Below, piece by piece: positions 37,301 to 47,088 of a stretch of DNA of 64,000 nt. The translations under genes and the position numbers were made by a program. Every line of letters begins with the position of its first letter. The first letter of the stretch is position 1. The notes under the pieces are model-generated. The model did not search any database. It saw only the letters and a list, made by a program, of their open reading frames with translations, and was not told where the DNA came from. Location: positions 1 through 64,000 of the forward strand of contig CAZKED010000001.1 of NCBI GenBank assembly GCA_964551725.1. The letters are read 5' to 3'. The DNA is from an uncultured archaeon. GTDB taxonomy: Archaea; Iainarchaeota; Iainarchaeia; Iainarchaeales; DTGL01.

Positions 37301-40300
37301 CCCTATGGGGACCTCACACTACAAAACTGCGTTTTCGATGAGGGAAGATATGGAATGTATATCAGCACAAATAACGATCTAACAGTAGAAAACTGCGAGT
37401 TCAACAACAACCTTAGAGACTCTATCTTTATTGCAAATATTAGAGGCGGCACCGCTTATATAACAGACAACACATTTAACGGCGGAAACAGCAAGGCAAT
37501 CATAATTGAAAATGGAGCAGACCAAGATAGGGCGGAAGGAACCATACAGGCAACAGGGAACACTGTAAACGGCCGAGCAGGCAACTTTTTCCTCTACAAT
37601 CACTGGCCAGACACTACAAAAAAAGTTAGCCTGTCTATTGAAGACAACGAGGTTGATAGCACAACCTATAGCTCCATAGTAATATTTGCCTGTGGCAATA
37701 TAAGTCTTGACAAATTCGAGAACATAAGTATAAAAAATAATTCAATCACCAATGCAGGCGAACATGCAATATTCGCTGACGCTACATCCTGTCCAGGCTG
37801 GGGCATTCCCACAACAGTATCGGGGACGCCAAACGAATTAAGCATCAACCACAATAACATTACAGGCAGCACGGGCAAAGGAGTGCAAAATGACTTCCCA
37901 ATAACAATCGACGCAACCAAAAACTGGTGGGGGGATGCATCAGGCCCGTACCATGCAACTCTTAACCCGGCTGGAACAGGCGACGCGGTAAGCGATAACG
38001 TTGAGTTCAGCCCGTGGTATGCGGACGAGGAAAAAACAAACGAAACCTACATTGACGCCGACGGAGACAATACAGTTGACACTTCAGACATAAATGGAAT
38101 GGACTCAATGGTTTTCGACGACCCGCTGGACTCGGACTGGGTCAGCGTGACGTTCTATGACTCGGACCCAAGCCCCGCTCCTTCAACAATCGGGTTCCTC
38201 GGGCACTACTACAACATCGAATCAAGCCTTACAGACGGAACATTCACTGTGACAATCGTGTTCTCTTACACTGGAGCGGAACTAGCCGCGGCAGGAATAA
38301 GCGAGGGGGACATACTTAGTGTAACTTACTTCGATGAAATAAGTGGAACTTGGAAACCAGCACACGACCCCCCAGAAAATACAGTCGAGTGGAATCCTGA
38401 TGAAAACACTGTAACAGTAACCCTGACCCATTTCACTCCTTTCTCAATAATCGCGGCGACAACAATGGAAGTGTTTGACTTGACGCCAGATACCGCGGAG
38501 AACGGGGAAGAAAATGTCGGAATGCTTGACATTAGTATATTCAACGGCGCTGTATTCGACGACCAGTTCAAGAAACTGGTTGTAAGAATTGATGCTACAA
38601 ATACCTCTGACATCGACAAAGGAAAACTCTACAAAGACAACGGCGACGGCGTGTTTGACCCCTCGGCTGACACCTTATTGAAAACGGATTACTCGCTTGT
38701 AAACAGCAGGTTTGTTTTCAATAACATAAATGATGAAATAGCGTTCGGAGCGACACAGCACTACTTTGTTGCATTCGATTTGATGCCCTGGGTTTACCAC
38801 AACCACACTATTGATGCCTGGATTAAGGCAGGCGGAGCAATAATGCTTTACGCGGGAAGCAACACCACTGACTTCAAGCCCGCAGGATTCACCACACTCA
38901 CAAACGACCCCGAAGCAACAATCAGCCTGTACCACGATGATGTGGCACAGGAATTAAGAGTCTGGGGAACCGCGCCTTACGGAACAAACTACACGACAAT
39001 AATCGCTTACGATACCCAAAACAACCCATTGCACACGTTCACGCCGGTTTCAGTTGACGGGGACAGGGCATACGAGGAATTCCTTGACATTTCAGCATGG
39101 GACTTAATCAAGTACAACATAGTCGTGGAATTCTACGATTCGGAAGACGAGTTTTTAATCAGCGCCGGAGACTTGTTCGACGACTTGTACCAGCAAGCGC
39201 TTGAGGCAAGGATAACGGACGCGGAAGAAGACATCGACCAGCTGGAAATTGACGTTGCCGCGCTACGGGAAGATGAAACGGCAAACGAAGCGGACATCAA
39301 CGCCCTTGAGGACAGAATGAACGACGCCGAACAGGATATCGTTGATTTGAGAAATGACCTCACAACGCTCCAAGGCGACGTTTCAACGTTGACTGGCAGG
39401 GTGGACGACCTTGAAACAGACCTCGGAAACCTGCAGAATGATTTAGTTGATTTAAGAGCTGACCTTATGGCGTGGAATCACGGAACTGTCTGGCTTGTTT
39501 ACAATTCAAGTGCCCAGACCCTCAAAATAAAAGGAACTGCGCCACTAGGAACTTCAGAAGTAAAGATAAGGGTTTGCGATAAAGACAACAGCAATTGCAC
39601 GGAAGCCTTGGCAGACTATTTTTCCACGGACGACTATTTTTACAAAACAGACCCGGACTACGATGTGAGTTCTTGGAGCCCGCAGGTCTACAACATCAAA
39701 GCCGGGTTTTTTGACGAGAACAACCACTTGGTGGACCGCTGGGTTACAACGCTGTTCACCGCGCTCTTGCTGGAAGACCTGCAGGACAGGGTTGTAGGAC
39801 TGGAAGCCGATGTTTTAGCACTGCAGTTCGAAATGGCAGACCTCAATGCAAGAGTGACAGCAAACGAGGGCACTATTGCGGAGCACGAAGCAGAAATCGC
39901 TGAATTGCAGGGAAGAATGGATGAAGCGGAACAAGATATCCTTGACTTGTACGACGAAGTTGCTGATTTGCACGCAATGGACGATTCATTGCAATCACAG
40001 ATTGACGACCTCAACGACAGGCTTGCTTATCTGGAAAACGAAAGGATTCCGGAGCTTGAACAGAGAGTTTCAGACTTGGAGGACATGATTGCGAGAATGA
40101 ACCACGGCACCGTCAGCCTTAACTATATCAATGGCACGCTGTGGGTTTGGGGTGAAGCACCCGAAGGAAGTGCCAGGGCAAGGATTGAAATAAGGGACAT
40201 TGTCTATAATGTGCTCTACACGCTTGACCCGGTTTCAATAGACGTCAATAATGGCTACACTGCACAGTTTGACACAGCGGAATGGGACCCGCTGAAATAC

Positions 40301-43300
40301 AACGTTGTCGTGCTGTTCTACGGCGAGGAAGATGTTTATATAAGCAAGGTCGGAGACCTGTTCGACAACCTGTACATTATCTGGCTGAATGAAAGGATAA
40401 CGTTCATTGAGGACACGGAGATTCCGAGGATTGACGGGGAGATAACCGCGCTCTGGGATGCAAACGCAGAACAAGCCCAGCAAATCATCGAACTGCACAC
40501 ACAACTCAACGACCTCAACACAGAACTGACAGGAATGATAAACGACCTCAACGAGGAAATGCAAGCAAAGGTTGCGGATTTGCAGGCACAAATAGACAGC
40601 TTAAGGGAAGAACTCGACAGAATAAGCCACGGAACCTTCAACATCGCATTCCACCAAGGATTCAATGAGATATGGGTCTGGGGAGAAGTGCCCGAAGGAA
40701 CAGCATACTTCGAAATAGAAGTAATGGATTCCTACTGGTATCCAACCTTTTACCTGCCCTACTACCAAGACTTAATGGGAGGCAACGAGTACGAGGCATA
40801 CTTCGATCTAAATGATTGGGAAGCAGCAAAATACACCATAATGGTCTACTTCTACGACGAAGAAGACTGGGAACTTGGCTTCGCCGGAGGACTCTTCGAC
40901 AACCTGTACATGATTTGGCTGGATGAAAGAATTACAGTAATAGAAAACGAGTTAATTCCGGACCTGAACGAGCAAATCAATTTGCTCTGGGACGCGGACG
41001 CACAGCAATGGCAGCAAATAATGGCACTCCAGCAAGAAATCGAGGACGTAAACAGCGAACTGCATGCAATGATTGCAGACGTGAACGCGGAACTTCAAGC
41101 AAAAATCGCAAACCTGCAAACACAAATCAACGCCCTCAGCACACAACTCGCAAGAATGAACCACGGAACAATAAGCCTGAACTTCACGAACTACACCCTC
41201 AGGGTCTGGGGTGAAGCGCCGGAGGGTGCAGTGGAGGCAAGAGTGCTCGTTTACGACAGTTACGGCACAACAATGCCGTTCGTGACATCCTATGGAAGCG
41301 TTGCAGCGGACAACTCGTACGACGAATCGCTTGACACCATCGAGTGGCTGCCTTTGAAATACAACATAGTGGTTGAATTTTACGCCGAAGGAGAAGAATA
41401 CATTGGATGGGTTGGCGACTTGTTCGACAACCTCTACATGCTCTGGATAGAAGAACGGCTGACGGTAATAGAAGACGTGAACCTGCCGTACTTGAAGGAG
41501 CAGGTTAACTTGCTGTGGGATGCAAACGCCCAGCAGTCACAGCAGATAAACGAGTTGCACGCACAACTCGACGACCTGAACGCAGAACTCAGCGCAATGA
41601 TCGCAGACCTCAACGCCGAAATGCAGGCAAAAGTCGCATTCCTCCAAGCACAGATTGACGACCTCAAGGACCAGCTTGACAGAATGAACCACGGGACAAT
41701 CAGCATCGCGTTCGATGCAGGCGATGACTATGCCAGAGTCTGGGGCGAAGCTCCGGAGGGAACAGCCACAATCAGCTATTACGTATTGGACGCGTTCGGA
41801 AACTATGCGGTCGCGCCGTATGTTGACGTCAGCGAAGAATTTGTGCCAGAAACAAACCAGTACGAGTTCGACCTTTACACTACCGGCTGGGCGAGCGGAA
41901 CATACACAGTGTTCGTTTTATTTGAGGATGATGGGGGAAACACGCTGGACGAGGTCGCGGAATCCTTCGAAATTCCCTTCTTTGGATTCACCAATGTTGA
42001 CACCGACCACAGGATTGAAACGTTCTTCGCTAGCTACGCGAGCGTTCCCATCGATTACTGCATCAAAGTGCAGCATTCCGGAGCATATGACATCCTGTTG
42101 TCTGACGGCGATGGATTCACCCAGAGCATAATACCAGAAGAACTTACATATATAATGTTGGACGAAAACCAGCTCTACTGCTTCAACGACTACGTTGAAT
42201 ACGAGGGACTCGGCTCTTGGGAACTGTACCTCGAACTCTGGGAATACGATGGCAATGAAGTAATTTACTCCTACGGTCCGATTTCGGTCGACGTTGTGGC
42301 ACTCGAGAGCTATATTGAAGACTCAAGCGTAACGGTTATGCTACCAGAACCGAACGGCGAGGGCGAATACAGCGATGTTTATTGGACTAACAGCGACGGC
42401 GTGTTCATAAACGCGGTTTTGGGCGATAACACTGAGGCGCAGAGCATTTACTGCAGCGTGAGCTACAGGAAAACCGACGAGCCATTCGCACCAGTGGACA
42501 GGTGGGACTTGCCGATTTACAGCGGAGAAGGAAAATACTGCCAGGGAACAATCCAGACAAGTGAACTGAACAACGGCATTGAGGGAATATACGAAATGGC
42601 CGTGAAAGCGGACTTTATCGGAGCACACGAAGTTGAAGACCAGTTCTATCTCGGCATCGACAACACTCCGCCTGTTGTGACCGAAATCGTTGACCCGGGA
42701 TACATTTCAGGAACAGTGACACTGCAGGCAAAAGTGGAGGACGAAGCCTCAGGCGTGAACTTGGTCTGGATTGCCATACAGGATAAGGTAACGGGTGACC
42801 CACTACCAGGAGAATGGCTGGCAACATACAATCCAGGAACAGGCTATTATGAGGTAATTTTTGATTCCACACTAGTTCCAATCGACGGACCGTACAACAT
42901 TTACGTCGAGGCAACTGACATTGCCGGAAACATGGGCTCGGATTTCATTGACCCAGTAATAGACAACACTCCGCCCACGATAGAGGACTGGTCAATGAGC
43001 CCCGAGAATCCCGTGAGGGGGGAAACAATTTCCTTCCAGGCAACTGCGAGCGACGACCCTGCGGGAATCAGTTCAGTGAAAGCAAGGATTATTGATTCGC
43101 TGGGAAACGAGTATTACTCTGAATTGGCAATAACAAAAAGGACACAGACAAACTTCAACTGGGAATTCGAGGGAACAATGGACACAAACAACGACTTCGC
43201 AGCGGGAAACTGCAACGCTGCAATCGTAGTAAAAGACAACGCGGGAAACACCGGGACAGCGGACGAAAACTTTGAACTGGGCAACGGGACAAAACGCGAA

Positions 43301-44380
43301 GGAAACGGCAATGAAACAATTGTATGGCCGGAAAGCGCTTCTGTTAAAAAAACTGATTACAATTCGGAGAATGCGTACTTTAATTTCTGGCTCGACGGAA
43401 ACTCGGAGCAATGGATAAAGGTTTTGCTCAACGGCGAGTGGGTAACCATAAAGGATTTGAACATTGACGGAAACATGGACGTAAAAGTACTGCCCGGAAC
43501 CAACATGATTTTCACAATACAGAATGCTTCAGTCACGTCACTCAACTGGAACTCCGGCTCCAAAGAACTGAGCATTACAGCGGACGGAAGCGGAACCCAA
43601 GAAGTAGTGGTTTACGTCAACGGAAACGGAAACCCGGAAAAGATTCTCTTCGACGGACAGGAAATTTCCTCGTGGACTTATGATGCAACAGAGCAGACAG
43701 TCACTTTCACGGTTGACCTGGGCTCGCCGCACGGAATTTTGCTGAGCTGGTATTCTCCCACGCCAACCCCCACCTCGGAACAGCAGCCCGGCGGCGGAGG
43801 CCCCGGCGGCGGAGGCAGCAGCGCCTACAAGTGCGGTGACGGGGAATGCGAAGACGGCGAAAACTACTGCAATTGCCCGGATGACTGTGAGGCACAGGAA
43901 TGCGGTACCTGCGAGGAAATAAGCTGTGAAACAGGCAGTCCCGTCTGCGCTGAATTGAAGCCCTGCGTGGGAAACAACGAATGCGAGGAAGGGGAAAATT
44001 GTGCGAATGCCCCGAAAGACTGCGCGTGCGCTATTGGAACAGAATGCGTTGCAGGGGAATGCCTGCCAATAGCGTTCTGCGGCGACGGGCTGTGCCAGGA
44101 AAACGAAACAACTGAAAGCTGCCCTGAGGACTGCCGGGGCACAATAGAGGAAACCCCCGCGCCCGAAGAAACCCCAAGAGAAGAGGCTGGAACAGTAGTT
44201 GTAGCGGAAACTCCCGAGGAAGGCGCTGAAGCGCCTGCTGGTCCCACAGGATTCTTCGGACTTGGAGCGATAGGCGACGGCATTGCAACGGTACTGATAG
44301 TGATAATAATCGCTGGTGCAGTGGCATTCATCTACTTCAGCAAATTCAGGAAAACGCCGCTACAGAAAAAATCAAAGTGA
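34364..44380 (+). CDS. 3338-aa membrane-anchored adhesin-like protein (3 right-handed beta-helix modules, coiled-coil/beta-domain stalk, Ig-like, Cys-rich, TM)
   Basis: Signal peptide; three IQ.AID.A..GD.I.VAAGT...NWWG modules; five coiled coils each ending in HGT; IDNTPP Ig domains; CGDG modules; C-terminal TM. Confidence 0.88.
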   Translation: MNLYSGNAHNYIFKKISFFLAVLLLLTLLTASAGAVDFTDRYVNTDGVCGGLTPCYTTIQSAIDASASGDIIHVAAGTYNETPVIDKPLILRGYQADVDPRPSQGGRTGGEAIIDAGEASSYVVRINSASGVEINGFTITGGTGDMVEESGHADNLLFQYNILYDDLGSVGDEALQVKYSDGVVIQYNYVYDAVQDALNLSSSTNGTVQYNEVHDIYSENAAIYCYDATNIDIIGNLVYNVPNNDGIKLGDSGDGSTGGSVQDNVVHDAAEDGITIYASDATVEGNEIYNCGSENGALYLYGADNATVSNNKIHDNTAIGILIHNTDNVTGTGNEVYNNNDSDDSKYAGSAGIWATNSATNIDFSTDNQVYGNTDYEVKNENAGVLLATHNWWGSATGPDAAKIYGNVEYCPWLDAAPPAGTATGPVVNQDTAQGYCSIQDAIDDATAGDTINVAAGTYTETITVNKDVTLTGANQGVDPAGSTDRGSESLIDGEITITAAGATLNGFKTDGHRVRIDHAANVEVSYNIVVNSNTHGIYIEPSSANAQILYNTVADPEWQGISNQGNSGVVISHNQVTGVSDQQPIESTNHAGTNIEITYNVVSGCTGAKGINYWGAPGAVISYNQISGTTHEAIFSDTKTNTIIGNTISNTGGPGIQLYPVAVSDAGEKSVISGNTISSTKYQGITVFGQAYTEISDNTLTGCNYYGADGTGDWDYAAIHVEDLGGSAEYSTITGNTVIDGINGIQTWSNHTTITDNEIYGMGNTYGTEKVVGARTYKNSAILVGSNWGSGDLDPVGTIIGNNDIHDNYWGLFYSADLTNGVTAKNNWWGSADGPSGFGPGSGDPVSDNVEYCPWLDSAGGDPIGPVMNGSNAYCSIQAAIDDASAGDTISVAAGTHVQTSDLVIDKSLTITKSGSEKPTIQFDGKCDNVSVEASNVTIDGIRFYKTNTEEGWNGSPTCSANTILDMPKNWATPETIVPYGDLTLQNCVFDEGRYGMYISTNNDLTVENCEFNNNLRDSIFIANIRGGTAYITDNTFNGGNSKAIIIENGADQDRAEGTIQATGNTVNGRAGNFFLYNHWPDTTKKVSLSIEDNEVDSTTYSSIVIFACGNISLDKFENISIKNNSITNAGEHAIFADATSCPGWGIPTTVSGTPNELSINHNNITGSTGKGVQNDFPITIDATKNWWGDASGPYHATLNPAGTGDAVSDNVEFSPWYADEEKTNETYIDADGDNTVDTSDINGMDSMVFDDPLDSDWVSVTFYDSDPSPAPSTIGFLGHYYNIESSLTDGTFTVTIVFSYTGAELAAAGISEGDILSVTYFDEISGTWKPAHDPPENTVEWNPDENTVTVTLTHFTPFSIIAATTMEVFDLTPDTAENGEENVGMLDISIFNGAVFDDQFKKLVVRIDATNTSDIDKGKLYKDNGDGVFDPSADTLLKTDYSLVNSRFVFNNINDEIAFGATQHYFVAFDLMPWVYHNHTIDAWIKAGGAIMLYAGSNTTDFKPAGFTTLTNDPEATISLYHDDVAQELRVWGTAPYGTNYTTIIAYDTQNNPLHTFTPVSVDGDRAYEEFLDISAWDLIKYNIVVEFYDSEDEFLISAGDLFDDLYQQALEARITDAEEDIDQLEIDVAALREDETANEADINALEDRMNDAEQDIVDLRNDLTTLQGDVSTLTGRVDDLETDLGNLQNDLVDLRADLMAWNHGTVWLVYNSSAQTLKIKGTAPLGTSEVKIRVCDKDNSNCTEALADYFSTDDYFYKTDPDYDVSSWSPQVYNIKAGFFDENNHLVDRWVTTLFTALLLEDLQDRVVGLEADVLALQFEMADLNARVTANEGTIAEHEAEIAELQGRMDEAEQDILDLYDEVADLHAMDDSLQSQIDDLNDRLAYLENERIPELEQRVSDLEDMIARMNHGTVSLNYINGTLWVWGEAPEGSARARIEIRDIVYNVLYTLDPVSIDVNNGYTAQFDTAEWDPLKYNVVVLFYGEEDVYISKVGDLFDNLYIIWLNERITFIEDTEIPRIDGEITALWDANAEQAQQIIELHTQLNDLNTELTGMINDLNEEMQAKVADLQAQIDSLREELDRISHGTFNIAFHQGFNEIWVWGEVPEGTAYFEIEVMDSYWYPTFYLPYYQDLMGGNEYEAYFDLNDWEAAKYTIMVYFYDEEDWELGFAGGLFDNLYMIWLDERITVIENELIPDLNEQINLLWDADAQQWQQIMALQQEIEDVNSELHAMIADVNAELQAKIANLQTQINALSTQLARMNHGTISLNFTNYTLRVWGEAPEGAVEARVLVYDSYGTTMPFVTSYGSVAADNSYDESLDTIEWLPLKYNIVVEFYAEGEEYIGWVGDLFDNLYMLWIEERLTVIEDVNLPYLKEQVNLLWDANAQQSQQINELHAQLDDLNAELSAMIADLNAEMQAKVAFLQAQIDDLKDQLDRMNHGTISIAFDAGDDYARVWGEAPEGTATISYYVLDAFGNYAVAPYVDVSEEFVPETNQYEFDLYTTGWASGTYTVFVLFEDDGGNTLDEVAESFEIPFFGFTNVDTDHRIETFFASYASVPIDYCIKVQHSGAYDILLSDGDGFTQSIIPEELTYIMLDENQLYCFNDYVEYEGLGSWELYLELWEYDGNEVIYSYGPISVDVVALESYIEDSSVTVMLPEPNGEGEYSDVYWTNSDGVFINAVLGDNTEAQSIYCSVSYRKTDEPFAPVDRWDLPIYSGEGKYCQGTIQTSELNNGIEGIYEMAVKADFIGAHEVEDQFYLGIDNTPPVVTEIVDPGYISGTVTLQAKVEDEASGVNLVWIAIQDKVTGDPLPGEWLATYNPGTGYYEVIFDSTLVPIDGPYNIYVEATDIAGNMGSDFIDPVIDNTPPTIEDWSMSPENPVRGETISFQATASDDPAGISSVKARIIDSLGNEYYSELAITKRTQTNFNWEFEGTMDTNNDFAAGNCNAAIVVKDNAGNTGTADENFELGNGTKREGNGNETIVWPESASVKKTDYNSENAYFNFWLDGNSEQWIKVLLNGEWVTIKDLNIDGNMDVKVLPGTNMIFTIQNASVTSLNWNSGSKELSITADGSGTQEVVVYVNGNGNPEKILFDGQEISSWTYDATEQTVTFTVDLGSPHGILLSWYSPTPTPTSEQQPGGGGPGGGGSSAYKCGDGECEDGENYCNCPDDCEAQECGTCEEISCETGSPVCAELKPCVGNNECEEGENCANAPKDCACAIGTECVAGECLPIAFCGDGLCQENETTESCPEDCRGTIEETPAPEETPREEAGTVVVAETPEEGAEAPAGPTGFFGLGAIGDGIATVLIVIIIAGAVAFIYFSKFRKTPLQKKSK

Positions 44381-44389
44381 GCAATGAAA

Positions 44390-44411
44390 GAGGCGCTCTC
44401 CGGAGCGCCTC
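44390..44411. terminator. GC-rich hairpin after the giant gene
   Basis: GAGGCGCTC-TCCG-GAGCGCCTC followed by T-rich sequence. Confidence 0.55.
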
Positions 44412-44502
44412 GAATACCTTTTTAAAAACTTTCTCTTTCCAATTCTCTTACGTTTCTTTTCAGTGTTTTCCGGCTTGCTCCGGTGATTTGTGAGGGGGTT
44501 TA

Positions 44503-45156
44503 ATGGAAATATTTATTGATACTGCTGATATAGGGCAGATAAGGGAAGCGGCTTCTTGGGGAATTTTGAGCGGCGTTACAACCAATCCGACGCTAATCGC
44601 GCGCGCCGGGCACAAGGACTTCAAGTCCGCAGTCAAAGAAATCTGCAAAATAGTGCAGGGACCGATAAGCGCGGAGGTCCTCTCGCTCAAGGCGGAGGAA
44701 ATGGTGAGGGACGCCGAAAAGCTGGGCAAAATCCACAAGAACGTAATAATAAAAATTCCCATGTGTCCGGAAGGATTGAAGGCGATTAAAGCGCTGAGCA
44801 AAAAGGGAATCAAGGTAAACTGCACCCTTGTGTTCAGCGCAAACCAGGCATTGCTTGCAGCGATTGCTGGCGCTGCATATGTGAGCCCTTTTGTGGGCAG
44901 GCTCGACGACATTGGGAACGATGGAATGAAGGTTGTGGCGGAAATACTGCAGGTTTTCAGGAACTACGGCTTCGGGACAAAGGTGATTGTCGCAAGCGTG
45001 AGGCATCCCATGCATGTTGTTGAAGCGGCGCTACTTGGGGCGGACATTGCAACCGTTCCTTTTGACGTGCTCAAAAAAATGATTTCGCATGCGAAAACAG
45101 ATGAGGGAATCAAGAGGTTCATGGAAGACGCAAAAAAAACAAAACAGAAAATCTGA
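44503..45156 (+). CDS. tal: Transaldolase (short TalC/Fsa family)
   Basis: [20 protein letters not shown] (Glu), IKIP (Schiff-base Lys), SPFVGR (Phe, transaldolase-type), ASVRHP. Confidence 0.92.
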   Translation: MEIFIDTADIGQIREAASWGILSGVTTNPTLIARAGHKDFKSAVKEICKIVQGPISAEVLSLKAEEMVRDAEKLGKIHKNVIIKIPMCPEGLKAIKALSKKGIKVNCTLVFSANQALLAAIAGAAYVSPFVGRLDDIGNDGMKVVAEILQVFRNYGFGTKVIVASVRHPMHVVEAALLGADIATVPFDVLKKMISHAKTDEGIKRFMEDAKKTKQKI

Positions 45157-45193
45157 ACAACAACCGGGAAAAAACAAAAAAGCGGTTTTGTGG

Positions 45194-46021
45194 ATGGGGA
45201 AAACACTTTCAAAAAAGGAAGAGGGAGAACTGCGGGAAATCGCGAGGAAAATACGCGTAATCTCGCTTAAAATGACAACAAAGAGCGACTCCGGGCATCC
45301 CGGCGGATCGCTAAGCGAAGCGGACATTCTCGCAGTGCTCTACTTTCACAAAATGAATTACAACGCAAAGAATCCGGAGGACCCGAAAAGGGACAGATTC
45401 ATTTTAAGCAAGGGGCACGCCTGCCCCGGGCTGTATGCTGCGCTTCACCTGAAGGGTGTTATTCCCGAAAAGGAACTCTGGAGGTTCAGGGAAATCAATG
45501 GAATGCTGCAGGGGCACCCTGACAGGAAAACCCCGGGAATTGAAACAATTTCCGGCTCGCTGGGGCAGGGCTTCAGCGTTGCGTGCGGAATGGCCCTCGC
45601 GGGAAAAATGGACGGAAAAAAGCACAAGGTGTATGCGCTGCTCGGGGACGGGGAAATACAGGAAGGAATTATATGGGAAGCGGCAATGTTCGCCGGCTTC
45701 CACAAACTGAACAATCTCGTGGCAATAGTGGACAAGAACGGCTGCCAGAATGACGGTTACGTAAAGGACATTCTTGACGTTGCGCCCATTGCGGGCAAGT
45801 TCAAAGCCTTCGGCTGGAACACGCTGGAAATCAACGGGCATGACGTGCGGGAGATTGCCGCTGCGCTTGACCGCGCGGACAAGTCGGAAAAACCGTTTGT
45901 GATTGTTGCAGAAACGGTAAAAGGGAAAGGCGTTTCTTTCATGGAGAACGACCCGCAATGGCACGGGAAGGCAATCTCAAAGGAGAAACTGGAAAAGGCA
46001 CTTAAGGAGCTGGGGGAATGA
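45194..46021 (+). CDS. Transketolase N-terminal subunit
   Basis: SGHPGGSLS, RDRFILSKGHA, LQGHP, GSLGQG, GDGE.QEG..WEA, KGKGVSFME...WHG. Confidence 0.93.
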   Translation: MGKTLSKKEEGELREIARKIRVISLKMTTKSDSGHPGGSLSEADILAVLYFHKMNYNAKNPEDPKRDRFILSKGHACPGLYAALHLKGVIPEKELWRFREINGMLQGHPDRKTPGIETISGSLGQGFSVACGMALAGKMDGKKHKVYALLGDGEIQEGIIWEAAMFAGFHKLNNLVAIVDKNGCQNDGYVKDILDVAPIAGKFKAFGWNTLEINGHDVREIAAALDRADKSEKPFVIVAETVKGKGVSFMENDPQWHGKAISKEKLEKALKELGE

Positions 46022-46986
46022 ATGCGCTGAGGAAACCGGGAGAATTTGCTGCAACGCGCGACGGCTACGGAAAGGCGCTGAGGGAAATGGGCGCAAGAGA
46101 CAAGCTCGTTGTGGCCGTGGATGCCGACCTCGCTTCCTCAACCCGCACTCTCTGGCTACGAGAGACTGCTCCGGAAAGGTTTTTTTACTCGGGAATAAGC
46201 GAAATGAACGCCGTTGGCCTTGCCACTGGACTGGCGCTCGAGGGGAAAAAGGCTTTTGTTTCAAGCTTTGCAATGTTTTTGACGGGAAGGGCATTCGAAA
46301 TAATAAGGCAGAGCGTCTGCTATGGCAATGTTCCTGTAAAAATCGTGGGGTCGCATGCGGGAATTTTTACAGGCAAGGATGGACCGACAGCGCAGGCAGC
46401 CGAGGATATTTCGTTGATGCGGACTGTGCCGAGAATGAACGTGATAGTGCCAGCGGATGCAATTGAAGCGGAGAAGGCAACGTGGTTTATGAAGGATTTT
46501 AATGAACCATGCTATCTGAGAACGAACAGGGAGAAAAGCGCTTTGATTTTCAATGATGATTACAAATTTGAATTCGGAAAAAGCGTGCTGCTCAGAAAGG
46601 GAAGCGATGCAGCAATAATTGCCTGCGGCGCCCTTGTTCCCGTTGCACTGCAGGCATCGCTCCTGCTCGAAAAGGAGGGCATTTCATTGAGGGTGATAAA
46701 CATGCACACAATAAAGCCCACAGACAAAAATGCAATTCTTAAGGCTGCAGGGGAAACGCGCGCAATTGTTACAGCGGAAGACCACCAGGTGAACGGCGGT
46801 CTTGGGAGCGCTGTGGCAGAAGTGCTCGCGGAGAACAACTGCATCATTCCTTTCAGGAGGCTGGGGCTCGAGGACATATTCGCGCAAAGCGGTTCCTCCG
46901 CGGATTTGTTCCAGAAATACGGCTTCACAAAGGAAAACATCGCGGCAAAAGTGAGGGAACTCCTCGGAAAAAAGGGCAAAAAATAA
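46018..46986 (+). CDS. Transketolase C-terminal subunit
   Basis: ATRDGYG, DADLA.ST, GISEMN, GKDGPTAQ, TIKP.D, EDHQ..GGLG; ATGA overlap. Confidence 0.93.
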   Translation: MNALRKPGEFAATRDGYGKALREMGARDKLVVAVDADLASSTRTLWLRETAPERFFYSGISEMNAVGLATGLALEGKKAFVSSFAMFLTGRAFEIIRQSVCYGNVPVKIVGSHAGIFTGKDGPTAQAAEDISLMRTVPRMNVIVPADAIEAEKATWFMKDFNEPCYLRTNREKSALIFNDDYKFEFGKSVLLRKGSDAAIIACGALVPVALQASLLLEKEGISLRVINMHTIKPTDKNAILKAAGETRAIVTAEDHQVNGGLGSAVAEVLAENNCIIPFRRLGLEDIFAQSGSSADLFQKYGFTKENIAAKVRELLGKKGKK

Positions 46987-47088
46987 CAAAAAAAGGTCTT
47001 ATACATAACAGAAATTTCGGGATTTCCGCGCTTTCCGCAAAAAATCCGAAGAAAAAAGCGGGAAAAAAAGTCTGAAAAAGGTTTTTTC

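Noticed and set aside
45089-45193. N-terminal extension of transketolase
   Set aside because: It overlaps the transaldolase stop and an A-rich spacer; ATG 45194 fits the family length.
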